Made by a program: the position numbers and the translations under genes. A stretch of 64,000 nt of DNA from Antedon mediterranea (lineage: Eukaryota; Animalia; Echinodermata): assembly GCF_964355755.1 (NCBI RefSeq), contig NC_092674.1:14074001-14138000 (forward strand). Direction: 5' to 3'. Positions within the stretch are counted from its first letter, which is position 1. The number at the start of each line of letters is the position of its first letter. The notes below the pieces were generated by a model. The model searched no databases. It was not told the origin of the DNA and saw nothing but the letters and a program-made list of their open reading frames with translations. Positions 1 through 10,403 of this stretch are shown here, one piece after another.

Positions 1-998
1 TTCACTGAACACGGGGGTGTGGTACCTGATCTATGGAAGGTCTCTGAGATTATACCTGTTCCGAAATGTGTAACCCTAAATCATTAACGACTTCAGACCA
101 GTGGCATTAACATCTATTCTAATGAAGATCCTTGAGAAAATTGTTAGAAGTCAACTAATGTCTGAATGTAGTGATTTTATGGATAATAACCAATTTGCAT
201 ATCAATGTAATAGAGGGGTCGATGATGCTATTATAACCTTGTTAGACATGGTGGTTTCACATTTAGATAAGAAGGGGACCTATGCTCGAGGGCTATTCAT
301 AGACTTTTCATCTGCATTTAATTTGATGCAGCCTCATATATATTAATGAATAAAATGTCTGAATGGAAGGTTAATCCTTACCTTGCTCTATGGGTTGGTG
401 ATTTTCTTACAAATCGGCTACAGTAGGCCTATGTTAAAGTTGGTAAATCTATCTCAGAGATTAGAAGGATCAACACTGGTGCACCCCAGGGGTGTTGTCT
501 GTCACCAAGTTTATTTACAATATAATATATATTATATAACACCTATATAAATTCCTGTCATTTGATTGGACGAATGTGGGTCACATGGCGTGCAATAGTA
601 CGCACTATTCAACGATCGTTAAATAGTACTTTTTGAAACATTTTTGTTTGTTATTTAGATGTTATATAAAACAAATAATGAATGTTTTGTATTCGTGTAA
701 TGGTACAAATAATGGCACTTGGTGAATGATGAAAGGTTATATCAACTCGGCTTTGCCTCGTTGATATACGGTAACCTTTCATCATTCACCTCGTGCCATT
801 ATTTGTACCATTGCACTCATAAACATTCATTATTTGTATACTAGTGAATGTCGATCTTCATGTAGAATGTGTCATATTATAATCAAATACGCAGATGACA
901 TGGTACTGATTGGTCTATTGAAAAATGCTGACGATCATGTGTATAAGGCTGAATATGTTAAATTAATGTCAAGGTGCAATGACAATTACAATGAATAA
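1..998 (+). mobile_element. Degenerate non-LTR retrotransposon reverse transcriptase, Rex1/Babar-like, interrupted by a ~310-bp insertion
   Basis: Reads WKVSEIIPVPK, NDFRPVALTSILMKILEK, QFAYQCNRGVDDAI, LFIDFSSAFN, TGAPQGCCLSPSLFTIY, then after the insert TSEC...IKYADD. Frameshifts and stops present. Confidence 0.9.
525..836. mobile_element. Small non-autonomous insertion carrying a long imperfect hairpin (671-837)
   Basis: Splits the RT reading LFTIY|TSEC with TATA on both sides. Arms ACAAATAATGAATG...GAAAGGTTA and TAACCTTTC...CATTCATTATTTGT surround the apex CTCGGCTTTGCCTCG. Confidence 0.7.
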
Positions 999-1470
999 TT
1001 AAGGTGACAATACTAATCTTTACTCAGTTCATTAAAAATCATTACTATTTCAAAATTAACATATCTTCATCTTCTATTTTTTTTTTTTTTTTCGCATTGT
1101 TGTATAAAACGACTTTTAAACCACCGATTTTGACGGTTTTCTTCGCCGCACGCCCCACCTACCGACTATGACCTTTACATGACCTTTAGCGGAAATGACA
1201 CATAAGCACAGAGTTTTAGCATTTTAAAATGCCTCGTTGTGTAGCTGCTGGTTGTGACAACAACCATACACACAATGTGAACTTCCATAAGTTCCCAAAA
1301 GATGAAATTTTGAGGAAGAAGTGGACTAATGCCGTTTCGAGAACACGGAGCAATTTCCAAGCTTCGGCGCGCATATTCGGTCCTATGTAGCGATCATTTT
1401 CTGGAGACGGACTACGAGGCAAGTTGCAAGTTCAATTAGGATGAGTGGCAACAATTATATGCGGCTGGTA

Positions 1471-3567
1471 CAGGCCCGTATGCAGCATTTATAATGGGGG
1501 GGTGCGAGCGAAGCGAGCAACAATGGCTGGGGGCCAGGGGGCCGCCAAGGGCCCCCGGTCAGGGTCCAGGGGCCGAAGGCCCTGGAAAAATTTGCGTTAT
1601 TTGACGTTCTAAAGACTGATGTAAGACTCTCTGTTGTGGCTTGGGCTAGTTGAACGATGGACACCAGAACTTAACGCTTTCATGATGAGGCCAACTCAGC
1701 AGGGGTGGCGCCAGGATCTTCCCGACGCGGGGGCTACATTCCCCGACGAGGGTTCTATGCGAGCGAAGCGCGCATCACTAGGCTGAGGGCCAGGGGCCGC
1801 CAAGAGCCCCCGGTGGAGTCCAGGGGGCGAAGCCCCCGGAAGCAACGCGTTCTAGCGTCATTTGAGGTCTTTTTAATCAGATTTAGGGTAGCCATTTTTT
1901 CCATTTTTTATAATGCATAAATAAAATACTGCGTGCAAAAAAACGATGCGCGATGACTGTTTCAATCCATATTTTTCAATTTAAAAAATAAAAGTTCAAA
2001 GAAAATTTAGAAAAATAGAGTTGGAGGTCCCGGAAATTGGACTTATTATACTTCAAAACATGAAAAAAAATATATAAGTCCCTTTCATGGGTTGTGACTG
2101 AAATGTTTGAAAAATAGAGATGTTAGGTCCCGGAAAATGTACTTCTTGTTCTTCGAAATATGACCAGCTTTATTGTTGGGGCTGAGCTAAGAAAATGTTT
2201 AAAACTAGAGCTGCAGGTCTTCAAAAAATTGCATTTTATACTTTGGAAACATCAGGCCTAGAGGCTTAAAAAACGCAAGCGTAGACCTTTTTCAGTCGGG
2301 GAAAAAAGTTTATTCCTCCCAGGTGTATGCATGCGTACCATCTGGACTTCCGAGTGGTGAGAAATTCATGACATACAGGATATTGAAAATGTAATAACTA
2401 TAGCTATAATGTTGGCTAAGCGAAAATGGCATGTTTTTTTGTTTAGTAATAGATGAAAAATTTATTTTAGGTGCCCCACGGTACAGAAGGTTACTTGTAA
2501 ATTAAAAAATTGGTGAACAAACGAACAATTAACATAATTCGTTTTTGCTGTAGTGTAGCGTACGTCGACGCAGTACACGACGTAACCGTCGGTAAACTTC
2601 GCCTGGAAAATAACACATTACACATTTTGGTCCCTGGATGAAACTTGACATCACGCGTCTCGACCCAACGTTGAACGATTCGTACAAAGGGATACCGCCA
2701 GACAAGTGCGTACTTAGCTATTGTTTAGTAGTAAGTTAGATCGCTGGCAATAATGAATGCATATAAAGTGCATAATATCACTCTGACGTACTCTCACGGT
2801 CAATGAAACGTCGCGGTTTTCTAGGCGCTGAAGCTAGCTACGAAGTGAACGCGAACGCTTTTTACTGTATATTATATTCCCCGACAAAAAGTACACGTGT
2901 TCCCTTCGGTAACCGTCGGTAAACTTCGCCTGGAAAATAACTACATTACACATTTTGGTCCCTGGATGAAACTTGATATCACGCGTCTCGACCCAACGTT
3001 GAACGATTCGTACAAAGGGATACCGCCAGACAAGTGCGTACCTAGCTAATGTTTATTAGTAAGTTAGATCGCTGGCAATAATGAATGCATAAAAGTGCAT
3101 ATTAGCCCTCTGACGTACTCTCACGGTCAATGGAACGTCGTGGTTTTCTAGGCGCTGAAGCTATATGAAGTGAACGCGAACGTTTTTTACTGTATATTAT
3201 ATTCCCCGACAAAAAGTACCCGTGTTCCCCGACGTTAAGTTGTCTGTATTTCTCCAGCAAACACTTTACCGCGTACCGCGTACATGAAGCGCTAAGCTAT
3301 TGCTTGTCGTCACATGATCGACTGCGCATGTTTTACATCGAGTTTGTAGTCAGTTCAGATTCCGTAATTTAATTACCGGTATTTTTTCATTTTATATTAG
3401 CATATTTTTGTTTGTATACCATTGATAATGTAAATTTTGTATATATATAATGATATTGTCTTTAGTTAAACAAGACAAGAAAAAATACCAACCGAGGAAA
3501 TAGTGGACCTTTTGGGACTTGGGGGGGTGCGTCTCCACCCAACGCACCCCCCCTGGATACGGGCCTG
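1471..3567. mobile_element. Non-autonomous TIR DNA transposon with GC-rich ends and apparent 5-bp TSD
   Basis: Ends CAGGCCCGTAT... and ...ATACGGGCCTG, flanked by TGGTA on both sides. Confidence 0.75.
2582..3229 (+). repeat. Tandem duplication of a ~325-bp unit (2582-2904 and 2909-3229)
   Basis: Near-identical copies starting GTAACCGTCGGTAAACTTCGCCTGG and ending GTGTTCCC. Confidence 0.9.
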
Positions 3568-3967
3568 TGGTATGGTAAAGGGATCGGAGCAATACCAACT
3601 GTTTTTATACGGCCCGATCCTCCAGGGCAACTGGTTGCAAATAACAAAAAGAAAAGACGATCTAATGCCTACGAAAAACGTGAGAGAGCAAGAGTAAGTA
3701 AATATAGGCCTAGGAGGATACTGTCTACTACTCTAGGCCTACTAGTACTAGGCTAGGCTAGGCCTACAGGCTACTACACACTATACCTACTCTAGTAGGC
3801 CTACTACTACTTTCTAGGGTCACAGTGCATATCGGCCGCCAGTCATTTCGGCCGCCGGTTATGGAACGCCTAAAATCATGAAACGCCAAAAAGGACAAAA
3901 TATGTATTGTTCATTTCGGCCGCCAATCGTCAATATTGTTAATGTATGGCACGCCTCAATTATAAAA

Positions 3968-4747
3968 CGCCGTGGTTAGGATTCCGGCACCGGAACTCAA
4001 CTGCCCAGCGTTAGGGAATCCGACACGCTATTGCGCATGCCCAGAACGAGGTAATTGGCGACTCTATACTTATCATCAACAGCGATGGGTCATTTCATAG
4101 CTGCGCCACAGCGAAGAACTATAGCCTAGCCTAGATGCCTACTGATACGGGATCCACTAATAGTAAATACTAGGCTAGGCCTACCAGTTAGACGTGACCA
4201 GTGGGCCTATTTATTTTGTAATTAAAAAGTGGTCGCTTCATTCATATTTATAAACTTCATATATTTATGAATTATATAATTACATGACTAGTTTTATGAT
4301 TTTTCATGTACAAAATAAAAGATTTCATATAACGCATTATAGTTACTGTACATAACATGCAATAACAAGTTGATTTGTCGACGGCAGCCACCGCGTGGAT
4401 GTGAAAAAACTGTTCGGGAAGTCGGGGTCGCAACGCTAAAAACAGCATTGTGATTCTTAGATAGGTACTGATACTTATTAATATCATAATAATATTTTAA
4501 CGCGTGGCGTAGTCCTATTTTAATTATTAATTCATGTATGGCCTAGCTAGGCCAAGTTTCATCCATCGCTCGCGCAACGACTAACTAGGCTACAGTAAAT
4601 CTCGATAACACTCCGACTCTCGGTGCTGTGGTGTGTGGCACTATTAAGCTATAATTCACTTCCCAGAGCTCTGGGCATGCGCAATAGCGTGTCGGATTCC
4701 CTAACGGTGGGCAGTTGAGTTCCGGTGCCGGAATCCTAACCACGGCG
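3968..4747. mobile_element. Mutator-like MITE with ~78-bp TIRs and 9-bp TSD
   Basis: CGCCGTGGTTAGGATTCCGGCACC... and its near-perfect reverse complement. TSD ATTATAAAA at 3959-3967 and 4748-4756. Confidence 0.85.
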
Positions 4748-5012
4748 ATTATAAAAAATGGTGTATACATGTGCCTATCGCCTGAATAGACGTGCGTATT
4801 CAAAAAGCAAGCAGCAATCAACAAAAACGATCATACTTTTTGATTTGTATAGAGTTGCGCTATTTTACGGTCATTCGCCGGCTTCTTCTCCTGACTGAGC
4901 CCAACAACCTCTCAGCGCCCCCCCCCCCCCCCACACACACAACAACCACTGTGAAATAAAATAAGTTGTGTAGAAATACTTTAGTTAAAACTACTAAACT
5001 AATGATTTACAC

Positions 5013-8000
5013 GGTCTTTTGATGATATCGGTCGCGTTTGAAATTGGTCGCCCTATTTTGTATGGAGCGGGATGCATGCTAGCGGGATATACATTTTCTT
5101 CATTTATATAGATTTAATTGATATTTTGTAGGGGCTAGATTATTTATGTGGATATTTTTTATTTGGTTATCAATCGGAGAAGGACTATGTCTTTCCAAAA
5201 TAGTCATTTCTAAACACGTTTAAATATTAAATTAGGTAAATATTATATCAGGCATATAATAATTTACCTCCAGTTATATGTACTGTAATTAATATATTAT
5301 ATAGAGAATACGTCTGTCCTTTATTATGCAAGCAATTACGTAAAAGAGAACAATTTATTTAAAAACAATAATTGTTACAATGTATAGCCCGTAAAGCCAG
5401 CGTATCCATTGTTATACTTATGCATACTGTGGCAGATTATATCATGTCGTTAACAACATACTATTCGATCACCTAATTTTTAATTTTTTATTTTATTTAC
5501 ATCCGTTATGTAGGATAATATTAAGTGTATAATAATAATTGTTGAGACAAATCACGTGTATACTTTTATTTCTAGTGTTTAAAATAGTTGTTAGTAAAAA
5601 TGATCATTATATGCGGATGGTTAAAAGGCGAGTTACTGAAATAAACCCCCGAATAAGCCATATCGGTGATGCGCCTTCTATGATCGTGCAGCTGTTTCCT
5701 CTAACAATGCGTTATTTTGCTGACGGGGTTTCCCTTTTTTTAAAAGCACGCACTTGTTAGTGTGTCAAATCATGGACAAAACACGACGTACGATCGTTGT
5801 CCATGGCCAGGTAAAGATGACGTCTATTACTAATAACCATACTTTTAAAACGTCTATAGGCCTCCTGCACGTGTTTTTGTGAAACGATGTATATAATTTA
5901 CGTATACTGTACGTCAATACTATAGAATAGATTTTAATTTGAAAAATATCTTTTATTTCTTTATTTACAATAATCATTTAATGTAAATAATTAAGTAAGT
6001 AGTCTCACATAACATCCAGACGTTCGTAAATCTAAATGTTTAAAGTGGAGCTCCACCCAGAAAATTACTATTTTTCATACATTTCAACTATTATTTAAAA
6101 ATATCATCCCCCATACTTCATATTTTTTTGATTTTTTTTTCAATGAGTACGAGTTTCTTGAAAATCACGCCTTTTTGCGTTTTGGGGGGATACCTTGTAA
6201 TTTCCTATTCTTTTACATGCAAAAGGGGGGTATATTTGAATAATGCTAAAAAATTAATTTCTTCACTAAAAAAAAAATTTTAAATGTAGTTTTATGTAAT
6301 TTTTCCAGATCTTTCTATTTCTGGTATAGTTATCGCGTATACATTGCGCAATTTTGCGTAAATAGACACTTTCCCCCGTTCGGGTCCAATTGGGTTTTTT
6401 ATTTTGCTAGGGAGTATGATCACGTGACATTTTTCACAATCACACTACTGCAGCTGGCGATCTGTTATTTTGTCGCGATGTTATTTTTGACAGGCAAAAA
6501 GTATATTAAAACATTCTGAATGTGACCCTATCATGTTTCACAGTGTAATAATGCGATTATGAGACTTATTACTAAAATGTCAAATCTAACGAGATTTGAG
6601 AAAGATGTGGCTATATATTCAATAAAGCTAGGCCTAGGCCTACTAGAGTGTAGGTATGTACCGATGCTGCTTGGGCTCCAGCTGCTAGGCTGACACTCAG
6701 CAGTGAAGTTTGTTCTGCTGTCACCCAACCTCGGCCTACCCATATGGGCCATGATAGGGTGCCTGAATAGTTTGCTTTTCAGTCAGGCCTAAGCTTCCAC
6801 ATCGCTTTACTACTCTTGTTCTGTATAGGATTTTGTGTTTCACAATTCTAATGTGCGAGAAAACCCAGGAATGATAAATGGGGCGAAACGACCAAGAATT
6901 GTCAAACCCATGAATGCATATAGCTAGCCTAGACAAAAAATTCAAGGCTAGCTAGGCTGAGCAGACGGCTTAGCTATGCCTGGCCCTAGCTTAAAGTTAA
7001 TAAACAATCTGATAAGATTATTATGCTGTTGTTGTACAGTGCAAATCATGAGGTTACAATACATGTAAATTATACCAGGGAGTTGCTCCCTGATTATACT
7101 GACATTTTTATCGGAAATATTACTTAGGCCTAGGCCTAAACAAATCGTATAAAATGTATTCCCCATTTTTCGACACATAATTTACCAAGGGGAGACATTT
7201 CACCCATGCGTTCACCGGCGACTAAAACGCGTCAGTTACTAAGTGTAACGCGTTTCACGACGTATTGTAAACTAATAACCCCTAAGTTACTGAAAAAGTG
7301 TAATGTATTAAAAAACACTATTTTCTGACCGATTTTTTAGAAATGAGTTTTTGGAAAATATTTCCGTATTTTCCCTGTTTTTTTTAGTAATCACTTTCAA
7401 TTAAACATACTTAAACATAATATAAGCTGAGAAAGTCTGAGTGTAGCTCCACTTTAAATATCAGTACCTCTTTGAGAATCGTGTCCACCTATAATTATCC
7501 ATACATTATTCTCACATCTATCATTGTACATCATAGACATACTGTAGGGCTGGTAGATTGATTTATAACGGAATATTATCTATATATTTTATTATTATCC
7601 TAAACCATGCTCACGTCAGAGTGGCGGATATCGAATGCAAAAATCATCATCATGCATCAAATTCCTTTATTGCATAAACCTCATTGAGCTGGTATCCACT
7701 TGCAGGTATAGAACGATTAAATTAAATTAAATTATTATTTATTTTCAAAACCTTAAACAACGGCATGCTAAAAGAACACACAATTCATTCAAACCTGTAA
7801 GATAAAATGGAAACACAAATTATTTATAAATAATGAGATAAATATTTATATTTACTGTACTTAAAAAATAACGATCGAGGTTTAAAAAAATGTCAAACAG
7901 TAGTATTATTAGAAATTCCAAAATTCAAAATTAACTAAAAACATAATGAACGTTTTCATTAAAAATGTATCTAATGCGCCATATACAAATTAGCGCGACC

Positions 8001-8142
8001 AAAATAAAACGCGACCGATATCGTAACTAATAGGATAAAAAGCGTATCTAGCGGCGCTCCATACAAAATACCGGATGTTTATTTTATCGCGACCGATTTC
8101 AAACGCGATCGATTTCAAGCGCGACCGATTTCATCTGACACC
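5013..8142. mobile_element. Nested TIR element with 8-bp TSD and ATCGGTCGCG subterminal repeats
   Basis: Starts GGTCTTTTGATGATATCGGTCGCG, ends CGCGACCGATTTCATCTGACACC. TSD ATTTACAC at 5005-5012 and 8143-8150. Confidence 0.8.
6044..7453. mobile_element. Kolobok-like non-autonomous element
   Basis: TTAA|AGTGGAGCTCCACCCAG ... CTGAGTGTAGCTCCACT|TTAA. TTAA TSD with short RR..YY TIRs is the Kolobok signature. Confidence 0.8.
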
Positions 8143-8413
8143 ATTTACACACGTCTATTCAGGCGATAGGCACATGTATACACCCTTTTTGACAAGTAAG
8201 TAAGTAAAAATACGTTACTAACAATATTGACGATTCTGGCGGCCGAAATGAACAATACATATTTTGTCTTTTTTGGCGTTTCATGATTTTGGGCGTTCCA
8301 TAACCGGCGGCCGAAATGACTGGCGGCCGAAATGATCAGACACCCTTTCTAGCCTACACTACCTACACGATTCGTATTACTATTAACCTAGGCCCTCTAG
8401 GCTTACCTAACTT

Positions 8414-9126
8414 TTTGTGAGGTGTGGTGAATCCATGAAGCAGGTACCAATGTTGTTTGCCATTATGTCCGGGAAGCGGAGACAAGATTACACGGCTGTG
8501 TTGAGGTCTGTTTTGCGCATCGTGCCGGTTGCCAGCGTGGTAAAAGTGGTTGCTGATTTTGAGGCGTCGATGTGGCAGTCCTTGCGTGAGGTTCTCCCGA
8601 ACATCGACATGACTGGCTGCTTGTTTCATTACACACAGGTAAGAGTTCACATTTTGGTTATTTCAACATTTCCTTTCCTGTTTATATCTTTCCACTGCTG
8701 CACGAAAAAGGAAACGTCATAACAACAATCATTTCTTATGCATGTGTTTCTTAAATGTTCCTATCTTTATAATGCTCCACCAAAATGTAAACGCTGAACT
8801 AATGTTATGTTATACATGTTTTCTTATTTTTCTCTTAGGCTATCTTTCGCAAGGTACAAGAAGTTGGCCTTCAACGTGCTTACATGGAGGAACCAAATAC
8901 CAGACTCTTCGTCCGACAACTGATGGCCTTACCCGTTTTGCCAGTGGAGCATGTACCTGCTGTGTTTCGGCGCCTGGAACAGGTTGCAGGCAACTCACCA
9001 CTCATGTTGGCGATGACCACGTATATGCGCAACTATTGGATTAATGGAGATGTGTTTACACCGATGGATTGCAGTGTGTTCCGCCAGCAAATAAGGACAA
9101 ATAATGAAGGCTTGGCTAAAATCTGA
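8414..9126 (+). pseudogene. MULE (Mutator) transposase fragment, two exons (8414-8638 and 8839-~9105)
   Basis: FVRCGESMKQVPMLFAIMSGK...VADFEASMW...GCLFHYTQ, GT-AG intron, AIFRKVQEVGL...LMALPVLP...YW...RTNN. Contains the DFE, CxFH and RTNN motifs. Truncated at both ends. Confidence 0.9.
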
Positions 9127-9847
9127 GCCTTGCTTTTTGCATGGACTTTATTTAAATACTAAATTATCTTGCCCATTTTATGTTTTTTTAAAATTTTTTC
9201 AGAGAACACTTAAAGATCAAACCTTTTCGATGAGTCTTGATAGACCCGAGGGTGGACTTGATGCCCGTATGCAAGCTACGGTCTGCAGGGTATCTAATTT
9301 TACCTATTTACTTGTTTAATGACTCACATTTGGGATGTATGCTAAATTAACCTGCATAATATTGATGGATCAAAAGTAGTTTTATTATTTTATGTTTATA
9401 TTGATTTAACTATCAATCAAAGGATGTGTCAATACTATTAATTTAATTTTAATGTAGGCCTACATTAATTAATAGTGAGCCTGTAATCGTACTGTTTACA
9501 ATGTTTGTTTGATTTGTGTTTAATTTAACTTTTTCTTTTGGCTAAGTTTTATAACATAAGTTAAAAAACATTTTTTTTCTAGAGAAGTGATTAACTTTAT
9601 TTCATTAGAACTACAAAATTGCCTATTTTCATGGGTTTTTTTTCATCTTTAAAACAGGAATTCAAAATGAAACACAACCAAGAGAAGGCCTTCCACACTT
9701 TTAATGATCATTTGATGTAATTGATTTTTTAGGAGCAAATAGGTTGGCGTAATTATTCAAGACGTCATTTTATTATTTATATGAGTGATGCAGGATTTCA
9801 CTTCGCACTTGATGGCAAGGTTTGTAGAAAAAAAATGTAAGATATCA

Positions 9848-10403
9848 GGGGTAGCTGGCTCATTTGAGGTGTAACTGTATAATTTGAGGGGTAGCTGGCT
9901 CATTAGAGAGATAGCTGGCTCATTTGAGGGGTACTGTAAACTGTATCATTTGAGGGGTAGCTGTATGTATTACTTGAGGGGTAGCTGGCTCATTTGAGGG
10001 GTAGCTGTATCATTTGAAGTTTTCTGGATTATTTGAGGGGTAACTGTACCATTTGAGGGGTAACTGTATCATTTAAGGTTTGCTGGATTATTTGAAGGGT
10101 AACTGTATCATTTGAGGGGTAACTGTATCATTTGAGGTTTGCTGGATTATTTGAGGGGTAACTGTACCATTTGAGGGGTAACTGTACCATTTGAGGGGTA
10201 GCTGTATCATTTGAGGTTTGCTGGATTATTTGAGGGGTAACTGTACCATTTGAGGGGTAACTGTACCATTTGAGGGGTAACTGTACCATTTGAGGGGTAA
10301 CTGTACCATTTGAGGGGTAACTGTACCATTTGAGGGGTAGCTGTATCATTTGAGGTTTGCTGGATTATTTGAGTGGTAGCTGACGTATTTGAAGGGTAGC
10401 TGG
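9848..10403 (+). repeat. Intronic ~20-bp minisatellite (CATTTGAGGGGTAACTGTAC and variants)
   Basis: More than 20 tandem units with interspersed variant TTTGAGGTTTGCTGGATTA. Confidence 0.95.

Larger units (their letters stand above)
1229..3693 (+). pseudogene. THAP zinc-finger exon of a decayed transposon gene (possibly Kolobok), split by the 1471-3567 insertion
   Basis: ATG at 1229: MPRCVAAGCDN...FHKFPKDEILRKKW, frameshift, VLCSDHF. After 3567 it resumes GAIPTVF...RRSNAYEKRERAR followed by a GTAAGT donor. Upstream TTAA|GG at 999-1004 resembles a Kolobok end. Confidence 0.75.
3818..8344. mobile_element. Long-TIR DNA transposon with 8-bp TSD, host of nested insertions
   Basis: About 125-bp inverted arms with CATTTCGGCCGCC subrepeats (3818-3940 vs 8220-8344), continued by 4760-4798 vs 8146-8185. 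TSD CTTTCTAG at 3810-3817 and 8345-8352. Confidence 0.85.

Noticed and set aside
1229-9126. A single THAP-MULE fusion gene after removing the nested elements
   Set aside because: The MULE piece begins mid-domain (FVRCGES) without a convincing acceptor and lacks the first catalytic Asp region. Chance juxtaposition of two fossils is simpler.
10128-10349. Repetitive ORF (QLPLKWYSYPSNGTVTP)n
   Set aside because: Translation of the intronic 20-bp minisatellite.
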